A stretch of 64,000 nt of DNA from the NCBI GenBank assembly GCA_051306435.1, contig JBPPNF010000012.1, positions 1,908 to 65,907 of the forward strand. The letters run 5' to 3'. Shown here piece by piece: positions 1 through 9,319 of the stretch. Source of the stretch: Solirubrobacterales bacterium (GTDB lineage Bacteria > Actinomycetota > Thermoleophilia > Solirubrobacterales > JACPNS01). Numbering within the stretch: position 1 is the first letter of the stretch; each line of letters opens with the position of its first letter. Under the pieces are notes generated by a model that saw nothing but the letters and a program-made list of their open reading frames with translations, had not been told where the DNA came from and ran no database searches. The translations under genes and the position numbers were made by a program.

Positions 1-317
1 GCGTGAAGTGCCCGGTCGAGCCGGTCGACGCCGCCGAATCCTGCACCGCCCGCGTGCTCGACGAGCTGATGATCGTGCAGCCGCGGATCCTTGTGGTGAT
101 GGGCGAGGGCGCGCTTGACGCGATCAACTCGCTCGGCATGCCGGGCGCCGCTGCGCTCGAGCCGATGCTCGGTCAGGTGCAGCCCTGGACGGCCCACACC
201 GAGGCACTTTTCACGCCCGACCTGGATGACTGCCTGGACGACGAGCCCTACAAGCGCGAGTTCTGGCGCGCCTTCAAGCGGCTCGGCGACTGGCACGGCG
301 ACCTGCCGCCGTACTGA
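1..317 (+). CDS. Uracil-DNA glycosylase family protein, C-terminal part (runs off window start)
   Basis: KC..., ELMIVQPRILVVMGEGA resembles the family-4/5 UDG core strand-helix (ExxxxxPxxxxxxG); the reading frame is open to the window edge. Confidence 0.6.
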   Translation, partial: VKCPVEPVDAAESCTARVLDELMIVQPRILVVMGEGALDAINSLGMPGAAALEPMLGQVQPWTAHTEALFTPDLDDCLDDEPYKREFWRAFKRLGDWHGDLPPY

Positions 318-349
318 AGAACCCCAGCGGCCGCTTAGGATCAGCCGCG

Positions 350-1321
350 ATGGGACACCGCATCGGAATGGTCGCCACCGGCGGCACGATCAGCATGCGC
401 CACGGCGAGGCGGGTAAAGCCGCCCGCCCGGAGCTCGGCGCAGCGCACCTGGTCAGCATGCTCGACGAGGGCGCACACGTGGCGGATGTCGAGGTCACGA
501 TGTACGAACCGCACCGGATCCCGTCGGAGGACCTCTCCTTCAGCCTGCTCAGCAATCTCGCAAAAACGATCGAGCAGGCGCTCACAGAGAACGACTCCGT
601 GATCGTCACGCACGGCACCGACACGATGGAGGACGCAGCCTTCTTCGTGGCCGAAGCGCTGGGCAACCCCGACGTGATCTTCACCGGCTCGATGCTGCCC
701 GCCGATCACCCTGAGTACGACGGGATCAGCAACCTCACCGCATCGTTCATCGTCGCCCACAGCGACGAGTCGATGGGCACGATCATCTGCATGTACCGCT
801 ACTGCCTGCCGGCGTGGTCGGCCATAAAGCGCGACTCGGCGGCGATGGACGCATTCAACATCCGCGAGGGCAAGGCCGTCGGCCGGGTCATCGAGAACGA
901 GGTCGAGCGGATCACCGCCCGCCCGCAGGCCAACTGGATCGACGACTACAAAATGCTCGACGACCGCGACCCGATCGTGCCGATCCTGACGCTCGGCGTC
1001 GGCACCAGCCCAGACGCACTCGAGCTGATGACCTCAGTCGCAAAAGGGATCGTGATCGAGACCACGGGGACTGGTTCAGTACCGAGTTCGATGAAAGCGG
1101 CGATAATTGCCACGTCGAGGCAGATCCCGGTGATCGTCACCACGCGCTGCGCCAACGGACCGACGATCGCTCAGGACGTCTACCCGAACAAGTGGGACGA
1201 GTTGCTCGAGAACGGCGTGCATTTCGAGAACCATCTGGACTCGTTCAAGGCGCGGACGCGCCTGATCCTCACGATCTCGCTCGGGCGTGAATACGAACCA
1301 TTTCACGTAGCGCCCATTTAA
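350..1321 (+). CDS. L-asparaginase (asparaginase/glutaminase family)
   Basis: Signature motifs VATGGTISM and HGTDTMED, plus TGSM. Confidence 0.9.
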   Translation: MGHRIGMVATGGTISMRHGEAGKAARPELGAAHLVSMLDEGAHVADVEVTMYEPHRIPSEDLSFSLLSNLAKTIEQALTENDSVIVTHGTDTMEDAAFFVAEALGNPDVIFTGSMLPADHPEYDGISNLTASFIVAHSDESMGTIICMYRYCLPAWSAIKRDSAAMDAFNIREGKAVGRVIENEVERITARPQANWIDDYKMLDDRDPIVPILTLGVGTSPDALELMTSVAKGIVIETTGTGSVPSSMKAAIIATSRQIPVIVTTRCANGPTIAQDVYPNKWDELLENGVHFENHLDSFKARTRLILTISLGREYEPFHVAPI

Positions 1322-1381
1322 GAAATCGGTAAACACTTGCGTGGGAGCATGGACCCAGTCCACGAAACAGGAGTCCAAGAA

Positions 1382-1849
1382 ATGCTCAAGACACGTTCCA
1401 GACACTTTTATCTGCTGACGCTGACCGCAGCGGTCGCATCCCTCTTCATCGCCTTCGCGATGGTCGACGTCGCCTCTGCAGGCGGCGGCAAGCGGATCAA
1501 GACCGGCAGGACCAGCTTCGGCACGATCATTCAGGACTCGCGCGGTCGCACGCTCTATCTCTTCACCAAAGAGCGCAGCACCAGAAGCAGGTGTTACGGC
1601 GAGTGCGCCAAGGCGTGGCCGCCAGTGCTCACGAGCAACGACCCGGTCGCGACCGGTGGCGCGATCCAGTCGAAGCTCGGCACCACGCGTCGTCGCGGTG
1701 GCAAGACTCAGGTCACCTACAACGGCCACCCGCTCTACTACTACGTCGCCGAGGACGAGGCCAACGAAGTCCTCTGCCAGAACGTCTACGAGTTCGGCGG
1801 CAAGTGGTACATCGTGAACCGTCAGGGCAACGCGATCAAGGGTGGATGA
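1382..1849 (+). CDS. Secreted COG4315-type protein (Lipoprotein_15-like repeat), copy 1
   Basis: Signal peptide; GRTLYLFTKE, CYGECAKAWPP, QVTYNGHPLYYY; AGGAG RBS before ATG 1382. Confidence 0.8.
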   Translation: MLKTRSRHFYLLTLTAAVASLFIAFAMVDVASAGGGKRIKTGRTSFGTIIQDSRGRTLYLFTKERSTRSRCYGECAKAWPPVLTSNDPVATGGAIQSKLGTTRRRGGKTQVTYNGHPLYYYVAEDEANEVLCQNVYEFGGKWYIVNRQGNAIKGG

Positions 1850-2379
1850 ACATGTTGCGAGCCAAAGGCATTTTGGCGCTGTGCGTCGTGGCGATGTTGG
1901 CGTTCGTCGCTGCCGGGTGCGGCGACGAAGCGGACACCACAGCCTCAGCGCCGTCGGCAACGGCCGCGACCGGCTCGACCGAAGCCGCGATGAAGGCCGC
2001 GCCCAAGCGCAAGAGCGGCCAGAAGGAGATCCAGACCGGGAAGGTCAGCCCCTACGGCAAGATCCTCCAGGACGGTCGCGGCCACACGATCTACCTGTTC
2101 ACCAAAGAGGAGTCAAGCAAGAGCGAGTGCTACGACGCATGCGCTGCTGCCTGGCCTCCGGTCCTGACCAGGAACACCCCGTTCGCGGGCGAGGGTGTCA
2201 GGCAGAGCAAGCTCGGAACAACGAAGCGGACCGACGGCAAGAAGCAGGTGACCTACAACGGCCACCCGCTCTACTACTACGTCGACGAGCGCGAGCCCGA
2301 CCTCGTGCTCTGCCAGGCAGTCGAGGAGTTCGGCGGCCTCTGGTACATCATGGACAAGCGTGGGAACGCGGTCACGTAA
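1846..2379 (+). CDS. COG4315-type lipoprotein, copy 2
   Basis: ATGA overlap with copy 1; lipobox AAGC; GHTIYLFTKE, CYDACAAAWPP, QVTYNGHPLYYY. Confidence 0.8.
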   Translation: MNMLRAKGILALCVVAMLAFVAAGCGDEADTTASAPSATAATGSTEAAMKAAPKRKSGQKEIQTGKVSPYGKILQDGRGHTIYLFTKEESSKSECYDACAAAWPPVLTRNTPFAGEGVRQSKLGTTKRTDGKKQVTYNGHPLYYYVDEREPDLVLCQAVEEFGGLWYIMDKRGNAVT

Positions 2380-2461
2380 TCCTGAACGGGCGCGCTGGTT
2401 CGTGGCAATCGAGCAAACAAATACGCTGGTCTCGATGTCGAGCGTGCGATCAAGCGGACCG

Positions 2462-3166
2462 ATGCAGACCGTGCTCGTCGTCGACGACGAGGAGATCGTC
2501 CGCGACGTCGTCGTGCGCTATCTCGAGCGCGACGGCTACAGAACAATCCAGGCCGGCGACGGGGCGACCGCGCAGGCGCTGATCGAAGAGCACGAGCATT
2601 CGCTTGCGCTCGTCGTGCTTGACCTGATGCTCCCGCAGATCAACGGACTCGAGCTCTGCAGCTGGATCCGTTCGCGCGGCGATCTTCCGGTGATCATGCT
2701 GACCGCGCGCAGCGATGAGACCGATCGCATCGTCGGGCTTGAGATCGGCGCCGATGACTATCTCGGGAAGCCGTTCTCGCCACGCGAACTCGCCGCGCGG
2801 GTGCGCAGCGTGCTGCGCCGGTCCGGTTCGGCCGGTGAGCGCGAGGCCGACGAAGCCGCCGTCGGCAGCGTCGTCGAGTTCGGCGACATCTCACTCAATC
2901 CAGTCTCGCGCGCGGCGTCGCGCGGCGGCGCCCCGGTCAAGCTGACTGCGCGCGAATTCGATCTCCTCGAGTTCCTCGCGCGCAACCCCGGCGAAGTGTT
3001 CTCGCGTGATCAGTTGATGGCGCGTGTGTGGGGCTACGACGCCGCCTACGACACAGGAACTGTCTCGGTGCACGTGCGCCGGTTGCGCGAGAAGATCGAA
3101 GCGGATCCGTCCAGGCCCAGACACCTGCAGACGGTGTGGGGCCTCGGCTACAGGCTCGACACATGA
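2462..3166 (+). CDS. OmpR/PhoB-family response regulator
   Basis: LVVDDE, VVLDLMLP, KPFSPREL, winged-helix LTAREFDLL...TVWGLGY. Confidence 0.95.
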   Translation: MQTVLVVDDEEIVRDVVVRYLERDGYRTIQAGDGATAQALIEEHEHSLALVVLDLMLPQINGLELCSWIRSRGDLPVIMLTARSDETDRIVGLEIGADDYLGKPFSPRELAARVRSVLRRSGSAGEREADEAAVGSVVEFGDISLNPVSRAASRGGAPVKLTAREFDLLEFLARNPGEVFSRDQLMARVWGYDAAYDTGTVSVHVRRLREKIEADPSRPRHLQTVWGLGYRLDT

Positions 3167-4242
3167 TCCAGTTCGCCGCCGTAGTTCTCGTGCTCGCGCT
3201 CGCTGCCGGCTTCGCGGCGACCGCGCTCGTCATGCGCATGCATTCAATCCGCGCGCGAACGATCGGCGCGTTGCTGGTGACCGCCGCCCTGCCGCTGATT
3301 GCCGTTGCCGCGAGCGGCCTGATCATGTTCGAATCCAAACACGACTTGGTCGTGCTGGCAGTGGTTGTCGGGACCACGCTGGTTGCGCTGGGCGCGGCCG
3401 TCCTGCTTCTGCGCGGAATAGCTGCCCCGATCGACGCGCTCAATGAAACCGCGCACGAGATTGCCGCCGGAGACCTCGCCGCGCGCGCTCCTCATGCCGG
3501 GATCGCCGAAACAGACGAACTCGCGGACTCTTTCAATCAGATGGCCGACTACGTGGAGTCTCTCTTTGACGCGCGCCGTCAGCTCGTCGCCTGGGCCAGT
3601 CACGATCTGCGAACTCCGCTCACCGCGATGCAGGCGATGCTCGAAGCGATCGAGGACGGCGTCTCCACGCCGGAGGAGTATCTGCCGGAGATCAGCGGTC
3701 AGGTGCAGCGGCTCTCCCAGCTGGTCGACAACCTTTTCGAGCTGGCGACGATCGACGCTGCGGCGCTCTCGCTTGAGTACGACGACGTGCGTGTCGGCGA
3801 GCTGATCTCAAGCTGCGTCCACGGCTTCGAAGGTCAGGCGCGCGCCGGCGGGATCGAACTGACCACCGAAGTCAGCGACCCGGAGGCCGTGATCCGCTGC
3901 GCGCCCGACAAGATCGAGCGCGTGATGATGAACCTTCTGACCAACGCGCTGCGCCACACCCCGAGCGACGGCGCGGTCGCGGTGTCGGCCACCGGCACGC
4001 GCGATCAGGGAATCCTCGTGCGCATCAGCGACAGCGGCAGCGGGCTCGCCGATGACGAGGCCGATCAGGTGTTTGACCGATTCTTTCGCGGCGACTCTGC
4101 GCGCGACTCCTCACGCGGCGCGGGCCTCGGACTTGCGATCGCAAAGGGTCTGGTTGAAGCGCACGGCGGCGAGATCCACGCCGAAAACCGCCCCGAAGGC
4201 GGCGCAAGTTTCAGCTTCACGCTTCCGAGCACGGCGGCCTGA
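3163..4242 (+). CDS. HAMP-domain sensor histidine kinase (BaeS-like)
   Basis: Two TM helices, HAMP, SHDLRTPL H-box, NLLTNA, DSGSG, GAGLGL; ATGA overlap with the regulator. Confidence 0.95.
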   Translation: MIQFAAVVLVLALAAGFAATALVMRMHSIRARTIGALLVTAALPLIAVAASGLIMFESKHDLVVLAVVVGTTLVALGAAVLLLRGIAAPIDALNETAHEIAAGDLAARAPHAGIAETDELADSFNQMADYVESLFDARRQLVAWASHDLRTPLTAMQAMLEAIEDGVSTPEEYLPEISGQVQRLSQLVDNLFELATIDAAALSLEYDDVRVGELISSCVHGFEGQARAGGIELTTEVSDPEAVIRCAPDKIERVMMNLLTNALRHTPSDGAVAVSATGTRDQGILVRISDSGSGLADDEADQVFDRFFRGDSARDSSRGAGLGLAIAKGLVEAHGGEIHAENRPEGGASFSFTLPSTAA

Positions 4243-4629
4243 TCACCACGCGGCGACATCCGGCGCGAACTCGAGCAGCCGTTGATCTTTGGTGACGAGC
4301 TTCGCACGTAGCGCTTCGGCGGTGGCGAGGATCACCTGGTCGCCGGGGTCTCCCGAGAGGCCGCGATCGATCAGATCAATCGCGTGCTGGGCGATCTTCG
4401 ATCCCATCGGAACCTCGACGATTCTTGGATCGTGCTTGAAGGCAAGGTCGATCCAACGCGGGTGATCGAGGGCGATGCGGCCGAGACTCCTTGCGCGCGC
4501 GAGCTCGAGGGCGGAGTACGAGCTGATTCCGATCTCACGTGATTCGTCGATCAGCCTGGCCGCCGTGGGGGAGAGCTTCTTCGGCTCGGTGATCCACCAG
4601 AACCAGGCGTGGCTGTCGAGAACGATCAA
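4243..4629 (-). CDS. vapC: VapC PIN-domain toxin
   Basis: LDSHAWFWW N-terminus, DPGDQVILATA, LVTKD; TTG start overlaps the antitoxin stop (TTGA). Confidence 0.9.
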   Translation of the reverse strand: MIVLDSHAWFWWITEPKKLSPTAARLIDESREIGISSYSALELARARSLGRIALDHPRWIDLAFKHDPRIVEVPMGSKIAQHAIDLIDRGLSGDPGDQVILATAEALRAKLVTKDQRLLEFAPDVAAW

Positions 4630-4898
4630 GGGCTGGCCGGGGGAGTGGAATCCCAGACCTCGTCGTTCCACTCGACTTCGAATGGCGCGATCAGCTCCTC
4701 GTCGCTGACCAGTTGCCTGGCGGTCGCGGCAAGGTCAACTTTCTCAGCGTGTACGTGCGGGACGATGTTGGCCACCGGCTTGCCGTGCTTCGTGACGACG
4801 ATGGTCTGTCCGGTGCGCGCCACTTCGTCGAGCACCCCGAGGAGTGTCGCTTTCAAATGCGTTGCTGTGATCGATTCGTCGTTCATGACCATGGTCAT
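4626..4898 (-). CDS. Phd/YefM-family antitoxin (start may be ATG 4892 or 4886)
   Basis: ITATHLKATLLGVLDEVARTGQTIVVTKHGKPVA is typical Phd/YefM; lies directly upstream of the PIN toxin. Confidence 0.9.
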   Translation of the reverse strand: MTMVMNDESITATHLKATLLGVLDEVARTGQTIVVTKHGKPVANIVPHVHAEKVDLAATARQLVSDEELIAPFEVEWNDEVWDSTPPASP

Positions 4899-4914
4899 AT
4901 TACCATGGTCATAT
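4885..4914. promoter_or_regulatory. Putative TA autoregulation operator and extended -10
   Basis: Perfect palindrome ATGACCATGGTCAT (4885-4898); ACCATGGTCATAT repeated at 4888-4900 and 4902-4914; TGgTAATAT on the minus strand. Confidence 0.65.
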
Positions 4915-4924
4915 ATGGTGCGGA

Positions 4925-6424
4925 TCAGGTCGGGCGATTTTTTCCCTTGGCTCGACGCTCTTCGATCCGCGCCGCAATGACTGCCAGCCGCTTCTCGTCA
5001 TCCACCAGATCAAGCACCGCAACGGTCTCGATGTGCGGCGTGTGCGGGAACATGTCAACCGGGCGCACGCGACGCAGCTCGTATCCGCTCTCGACCATCT
5101 GCTTGATGTTCGGCGCGAGTGTCGTGGGGTTGCAGCTGACGTAGACGATGCGCTTGGGCGCAGCTTCCATCACGCGGCGCACGACCTTCGCCGACAGCCC
5201 CGCGCGCGGCGGGTCGACGATCGCGACATCTGGAGTTCCGGTGTGTTCGATCAGCTGCGGCAAGGCCAGGCGCATGTCGCCGGCAAGGAAGTCGGCGTCG
5301 GTCACGCCGTTGAGGTTCGCGTTGAGCGCCGCGTCTTCGACGGCATCGACGACGATCTCGATTCCCCAGACGTGCTTGGCGTGCTCGGCCAATGAAATGC
5401 CGATCGTGCCCGACCCGCAGTACAGGTCGTAGACAAGCTCTTTGCCTGTCAGGTCGGCAAACTCGATCGCCGTCTCGTAAAGCTTCTCGGTCTGAGCGGA
5501 GTTGGTCTGGAAGAAGGCGTCGGGCGAAATCCGAAAGCGCAGGCCGAGGATCTCTTCTTCGACGTAGGCGTTGCCGGCGAGCGTCTTGTCGCGCGCGTCG
5601 TGGGTCCAGCCGCCCGGGCTGTCAGAGCGCGACCAGATGATCGAGCTCGGCGGCGGGTCGAGCTGCTGCAGCTCCTCGACAAAGCCCGCCGAGTCAAACC
5701 CGCCGGGCTCTGGCTCTCGGCTCGTGGTGACCAGGCGCACCATCGTCTCGCCGGTCGCGCGGCCTTCGCGCACCACAAGATTGCGCAGGAAGCCGAAGTT
5801 CTCGTCGGGGTCATACGTCGAAAGTTCGCGGCTGACACACCAGTCCTTGACGATCTGGCGGATCTGATTGGTGCGCGCGCTGGCCAGCACGGTGTCGTCG
5901 ACGTCCTCGACCAGATCCCAGCGGCCGGGCGGGTGAAAGCCGAGCGCGAGCGTGCCGTCCCCGCCGCGGCCGAACGAGAACTCGACCTTGTTGCGGTAGT
6001 TCCAGATCGCCGGGTCGTCATGGCCGGTGCCGGCGGGGACGATCGACTCGAACTCGATCGGTGAAGACTCAGACAGATCGAAATTGCCGAAGCGTTCAAG
6101 CGCGTCGCGGACCTGGTTCTGCTTCTCGGTCAGCTGCGCCGCGTAGTCGAGCGTCTGCCACTGGGCACCGGGGTGCGGGGCGCGCTCGGGCACGCGGTCG
6201 GGACCGGCCTCGAGGACCTCGGTCACCCGGGCCTCGGCGAAGTTCTTCTTGCCGCCCGTGACCTGGGCGATCACGCGGTCGCCGGGCAGCGCGCCGCGCG
6301 CAAACACGACGAAACCGTCGGCGCGCCCGACCCCTGCGCCGCCATGAGCGAGCGACTCGATCGACAGTTCGACGACCTCGCCTTTTTGCAATCTGCGCAG
6401 CCGTGATGGTGATTCCGAGGACAT
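4925..6424 (-). CDS. rlmD: 23S rRNA (uracil-C5)-methyltransferase RlmD/TrmA family, with TRAM domain
   Basis: TRAM N-terminus (LAHGGAGV..GALPGD), YRNKVEF, FFQTN, DLYCGSG, DPPRAG, YVSCNP, DMFPHTPHIE. Confidence 0.93.
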   Translation of the reverse strand: MSSESPSRLRRLQKGEVVELSIESLAHGGAGVGRADGFVVFARGALPGDRVIAQVTGGKKNFAEARVTEVLEAGPDRVPERAPHPGAQWQTLDYAAQLTEKQNQVRDALERFGNFDLSESSPIEFESIVPAGTGHDDPAIWNYRNKVEFSFGRGGDGTLALGFHPPGRWDLVEDVDDTVLASARTNQIRQIVKDWCVSRELSTYDPDENFGFLRNLVVREGRATGETMVRLVTTSREPEPGGFDSAGFVEELQQLDPPPSSIIWSRSDSPGGWTHDARDKTLAGNAYVEEEILGLRFRISPDAFFQTNSAQTEKLYETAIEFADLTGKELVYDLYCGSGTIGISLAEHAKHVWGIEIVVDAVEDAALNANLNGVTDADFLAGDMRLALPQLIEHTGTPDVAIVDPPRAGLSAKVVRRVMEAAPKRIVYVSCNPTTLAPNIKQMVESGYELRRVRPVDMFPHTPHIETVAVLDLVDDEKRLAVIAARIEERRAKGKNRPT

Positions 6425-6460
6425 TGCAGCGACGGTAGCGCGGGCAAATAGACTCGCGGC

Positions 6461-7378
6461 GTGTCAAAACACTTTCTCAGCGGCGCAGAGCTCGCTCCCG
6501 AGGAGCTCGCAGCGATTCTCAACCGGGCCGCGGACTTCAAGGCCATCCGCGAAACGCTCGCCGCCCAGCGCGGCGCCCTCGCAGCCAAGACGGTCGCGCT
6601 GATCTTCGAGCACCCGTCGACGCGCACACGCATGTCCTCGGAAGTCGCCGTCTACGAACTCGGCGGTCACCCGATGGTGCTCTCTGGCGCCAACATGCAG
6701 CTCGCGCGCGGCGAGTCGGTCAAGGACACGGCGCTCGTCACCTCGCGCTTTGTCCACGCGATCGGAATTCGCACCGGCTCCCACGAGACGGTCGAGGATC
6801 TGGCCGCGCACGCCACCGTCCCGGTCTTCAACCTTCTGACCGACCAACACCACCCGATGCAGGGCCTCGCAGACCTCCTGACGATGCAGCAGCGCTTCGG
6901 CACGCTCGAAGGCCGCAGGCTCGCCTACGTCGGCGACGGCAACAACGTCACGGCATCGCTGATGGTGCTCGGTGCGATGGCCGGCATGACCGTCGCTGTA
7001 GCCACGCCAGAGGGTTTTGAGCCTGCATCTGAAGCTGTCGCGCTGGCCGAATCAGTCGCCACAGCCGGCGGCGCGATCGAGCTGACCAACGACCCGCAGT
7101 CGGCCGCGGCCGAAGCGGACGCCGTCTACACCGATGTCTGGGTCAGCATGGGCGATCAGGAATCAGATGCCAAGAAGACAGCGCTCGCGCCGTACCAACT
7201 GAGCGGTGAGCTGCTCGCCCACGCAAAGCCCGAAGCCGTCGCTCTGCACTGCCTGCCGGCCCACGTCGGCGAAGAGATCACCGAGGAGGCGCTGTACGGG
7301 CCGCGCTCGGCGATCTTCGACCAGGCCGAGAACCGGTTGCACGTGCAGAAAGCTCTGCTGGAATTCCTGCTCTCGTGA
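6461..7378 (+). CDS. argF: Ornithine carbamoyltransferase
   Basis: FEHPSTRTR, HPMQ, YVGDGNN, YTDVWVSMG, LHCLP. Confidence 0.95.
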   Translation: MSKHFLSGAELAPEELAAILNRAADFKAIRETLAAQRGALAAKTVALIFEHPSTRTRMSSEVAVYELGGHPMVLSGANMQLARGESVKDTALVTSRFVHAIGIRTGSHETVEDLAAHATVPVFNLLTDQHHPMQGLADLLTMQQRFGTLEGRRLAYVGDGNNVTASLMVLGAMAGMTVAVATPEGFEPASEAVALAESVATAGGAIELTNDPQSAAAEADAVYTDVWVSMGDQESDAKKTALAPYQLSGELLAHAKPEAVALHCLPAHVGEEITEEALYGPRSAIFDQAENRLHVQKALLEFLLS

Positions 7379-7911
7379 CCGAAGTGACCGAACCGAACGA
7401 AGAGCTCGATCCTCGGGCATCCGCCCGCGCGCGCACCGAGGCCAAGAACCAGGCCGTTCGCGATTCGCTCGCGCCGCTCGCGCCGGGCGAACGCCCGGGT
7501 GCGGTCACGGTCGCTTCGATCGTCGCAGGGCTGCTGGCGGTGGGAAATCTCGTCACCTACCTGCTGAGCGATCATGCGGCCAACGCCGATCGCGGCAAGG
7601 AAGTCGTCCAGACGCTCGTGATCTGCGGCATCCTCGCGCTAGCCTCATGGGGGATGTGGCGCGCCAAGTACTGGGCCGTGCTCGGCTTTCAGACGATCCT
7701 CGGGCTGCAGGTTCTCGTCATCTCACTGAGCCTTCTCACGGTCAACAATGCGCTGGTCGCGCTGCTCTTCCTGACAATCGTTCTGCTGTCGGCCGTATTG
7801 TTCTGGTACCTCGTCAGGGCGATGGCGCGCATTCAGATGCCCGAAACGCCCGGCATGATCTCATTGCAGGAACAGCGAGAAAGAGCAGAGTCGGAGGAGT
7901 CAGATGGCTGA
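7375..7911 (+). CDS. Hypothetical membrane protein (about 4 TM)
   Basis: Hydrophobic helices; GTGA/ATG coupling to neighbours; GC-biased codons. Confidence 0.7.
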   Translation: MTEVTEPNEELDPRASARARTEAKNQAVRDSLAPLAPGERPGAVTVASIVAGLLAVGNLVTYLLSDHAANADRGKEVVQTLVICGILALASWGMWRAKYWAVLGFQTILGLQVLVISLSLLTVNNALVALLFLTIVLLSAVLFWYLVRAMARIQMPETPGMISLQEQRERAESEESDG

Positions 7912-9319
7912 GGGAGTTTTTGACGTCGCAGTGATCGGCGGAGGACCGGGTGGATACGTCGCCGCGATCCGTGCTCGCCAGCTCGGCCTGACCACCGTGC
8001 TGATCGAGAAGGACAAGCTCGGCGGCCGCTGCCTGAACTACGCGTGCATACCGGCCAAGGCCGTCCTGCGCAGTGCCGATGTGATCAAGGAAGTCCAGGA
8101 CGCCGCAACCTTCGGCGTGACGATTCCGCCCGCCGGGGAAATCGGCGTTGACTTCGCCACAGTCGCAAAGCGCCGCGACCGCGTCGTAAAGATGATGGTC
8201 GGCGGTGTCCGCGGGCTGATGAAGAAGAACGAAGTTCTCGTGGTCGAGGGCGAGGCGAGCTTTGCCGCCCCGGCAGAAGCGGGCGTCGTGGATCTGCACG
8301 TGCAGACCGCCGAGGGTATGAAGCTCATCCGCACCTCGAACGCGATCGTCGCCACCGGGTCAATCGCACTGCCCGTGCCGGTTCCCGGTGTGACCTTCGG
8401 TGGTCGCATAGTCGACACGGCCGGCGCCTGGCTCGCTCCAGATCTGCCCGAGTCGCTCGCCGTGATCGGCGCAGGAGCAAGTGGCGTCGAGGTCGCGTCG
8501 GCCTACGGACGCATGGGCGTGCCGGTCACGTTGCTCGAAGCGCTGCCGCAGATCCTCCCGGCAGAAGAGCCCGCGATCGCCGAGCTGCTGACCAAGGAAC
8601 TCGCGAAGCAGAACGTCACCGTGATCGCCGGAGCTCAGATCACCGAAGTGCTCCAGGGCGACGGCATGGTCCAGATCGGCGTGGGCGGAGAGACACTGCA
8701 GGTCGCGCGGCTGTGCATCGCGGCCGGTCGCTCGCCGGACCTCGCAGCACTGAACACACAGCCCTACGGCCTTGCGGTTGATCAGACCGGCCGCATCCAG
8801 GTCGGCCCCGATCAGCGCACCAGCCACCAACAGATCTTTGCGATCGGAGACGTCGTGGCCGGACCCGCGCTTGCGCACAAGGCTTCCGAAGAGGCCGTGG
8901 TCGCCGTCGAGACGCTCGCCGGCTGGCAGGGCGTCCACCCGATCGACGCGACCAACATTCCGCGCGTCACCTTCTGCTCACCGCAGGTCGCATCGATCGG
9001 CCTCACAGAGGCGCAGGCTCACGAGGCCGGCGTACAGGTGAGAATCGGAGAGTTTCCGCTGGCTGCGGCCGGCGCCGCCACCGTCTACGGCGACCGCAAC
9101 GGCCTGATCAAGATCGTCGGCGACGCCACGACCGGACAGATCGTCGGCGCACATGCGATCGCCGCAAAGGCCGGCGACTTGATCGCCGAGCTCACCGTCG
9201 CCAAGTCCGCGGGCATCGGCTACCCGCAGCTCGCCAGGATCATCCACGCTCACCCGACAGTCGGCGAGGCGGTGATGGAAGCCGCCCGCACTGCCGATGG
9301 ATGGGCGATCCACGTATGA
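7904..9319 (+). CDS. lpdA: Dihydrolipoamide dehydrogenase (E3)
   Basis: GGGPGGY, GGRCLNYACIP redox disulfide, IGAGASG, HAHPTVGEA. Confidence 0.95.
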   Translation: MAEGVFDVAVIGGGPGGYVAAIRARQLGLTTVLIEKDKLGGRCLNYACIPAKAVLRSADVIKEVQDAATFGVTIPPAGEIGVDFATVAKRRDRVVKMMVGGVRGLMKKNEVLVVEGEASFAAPAEAGVVDLHVQTAEGMKLIRTSNAIVATGSIALPVPVPGVTFGGRIVDTAGAWLAPDLPESLAVIGAGASGVEVASAYGRMGVPVTLLEALPQILPAEEPAIAELLTKELAKQNVTVIAGAQITEVLQGDGMVQIGVGGETLQVARLCIAAGRSPDLAALNTQPYGLAVDQTGRIQVGPDQRTSHQQIFAIGDVVAGPALAHKASEEAVVAVETLAGWQGVHPIDATNIPRVTFCSPQVASIGLTEAQAHEAGVQVRIGEFPLAAAGAATVYGDRNGLIKIVGDATTGQIVGAHAIAAKAGDLIAELTVAKSAGIGYPQLARIIHAHPTVGEAVMEAARTADGWAIHV

